This document shows positions 63,651-64,000 of a DNA stretch of 64,000 nucleotides, piece by piece (positions within the stretch are counted from its first letter, which is position 1; each line of letters begins with the position of its first letter). Both the position numbers and the translations under genes were made by a program. This stretch comes from a virus, in the IMG/VR virus record IMGVR_UViG_3300033148_008025, positions 32,001-96,000 of that record, one strand, 5' to 3'. A model generated the notes under the pieces. That model was not told where the DNA came from, did no database searches, and saw only the letters and a program-made list of their open reading frames with translations.

Positions 63651-64000
63651 GTGCTGGATATCTTTGGCAACAACCCGCTTGCGAACAAAATTCTAATTGG
63701 AATTCTCGGGGAAGAGAAGGATGGTAGGCCGGGCATTTACGCATTTGGGTCGACGGACGGATACCCTCTTCCAGATGTCCAGATCTTAAGCCAGGATGCA
63801 TCCATCGATGGTTCAGGAGAGGTCACTCGCCCTCGAGCTGGCTCTCCGTGTGTAGTTGCTGTCAGCAACGATGGTGGGCAGGGATACGTAATCGGATTCA
63901 TTCAGGTACCAGAGTTTGACGAGGACGGTGACGATGATCCATCTGTTGGTAACCCCAACGAAAACACTGTTGCGGGTGACAAGGTTTACAAGACCGCAGG
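63651..64000 (+). CDS. partial ORF, possible baseplate spike (gp5/gpV OB-fold) N-terminus
   Basis: Absent from the ORF track. Manual translation from GTG 63651 gives MLDIFGNNPLANKILIG...GSGEVTRPRAGSPCVVAVSNDGGQGYVIGFI...VAGDKVYKT; open to the window end. Confidence 0.45.
   Translation, partial: MLDIFGNNPLANKILIGILGEEKDGRPGIYAFGSTDGYPLPDVQILSQDASIDGSGEVTRPRAGSPCVVAVSNDGGQGYVIGFIQVPEFDEDGDDDPSVGNPNENTVAGDKVYKTA

Noticed and set aside
253-63727. Many antisense or alternate-frame ORFs in the track (for example 253..519, 4907..5497, 8528..9298, 47056..47562, 59406..59885)
   Set aside because: They are shadows of well-supported genes on the other strand or frame, with no motifs or SD of their own.
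1-64000. CRISPR arrays, tRNA/rRNA genes, IS elements, terminase, major capsid protein
   Set aside because: None was recognised by eye; they may lie outside the window.

Overview
This window is 64 kb of a large tailed (contractile-tail, myovirus-like) phage genome or prophage. The + strand blocks are mostly virion genes: tail chaperone with a probable -1 frameshift, tape measure, baseplate hub and wedge, fibres, portal, probable head/internal proteins, membrane proteins and a partial spike. The - strand blocks are mostly small early/replication-type genes (SMC/RecN-like ATPase, GrpE, DNA methyltransferase, SNF2 helicase, SSB), plus a separate long-fibre cluster. Three linked features stand out. 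(1) A 2076-aa single-chain beta-beta' RNA polymerase lies downstream of the portal, and a sigma70-family factor sits inside the baseplate operon. (2) A 9-bp motif, GGCATAAGG, precedes five - strand gene blocks, whereas three + strand structural blocks have TTGACN-N18-TANNNT promoters. (3) At least six proteins begin with a (G/S)-F-x-D-E-[LI]-x-K-x-A-like leader, and related K-x-A/S/G sites fall at the domain boundaries of a KTSC/Zn-finger/ART-like/InPase polyprotein. My working model, which is inference, is a virion-packaged transcription system plus protease-processed injected cargo. I found no terminase, major capsid protein, tRNA or CRISPR array in the window. All family assignments come from motifs recognised by eye; no database searches were run.
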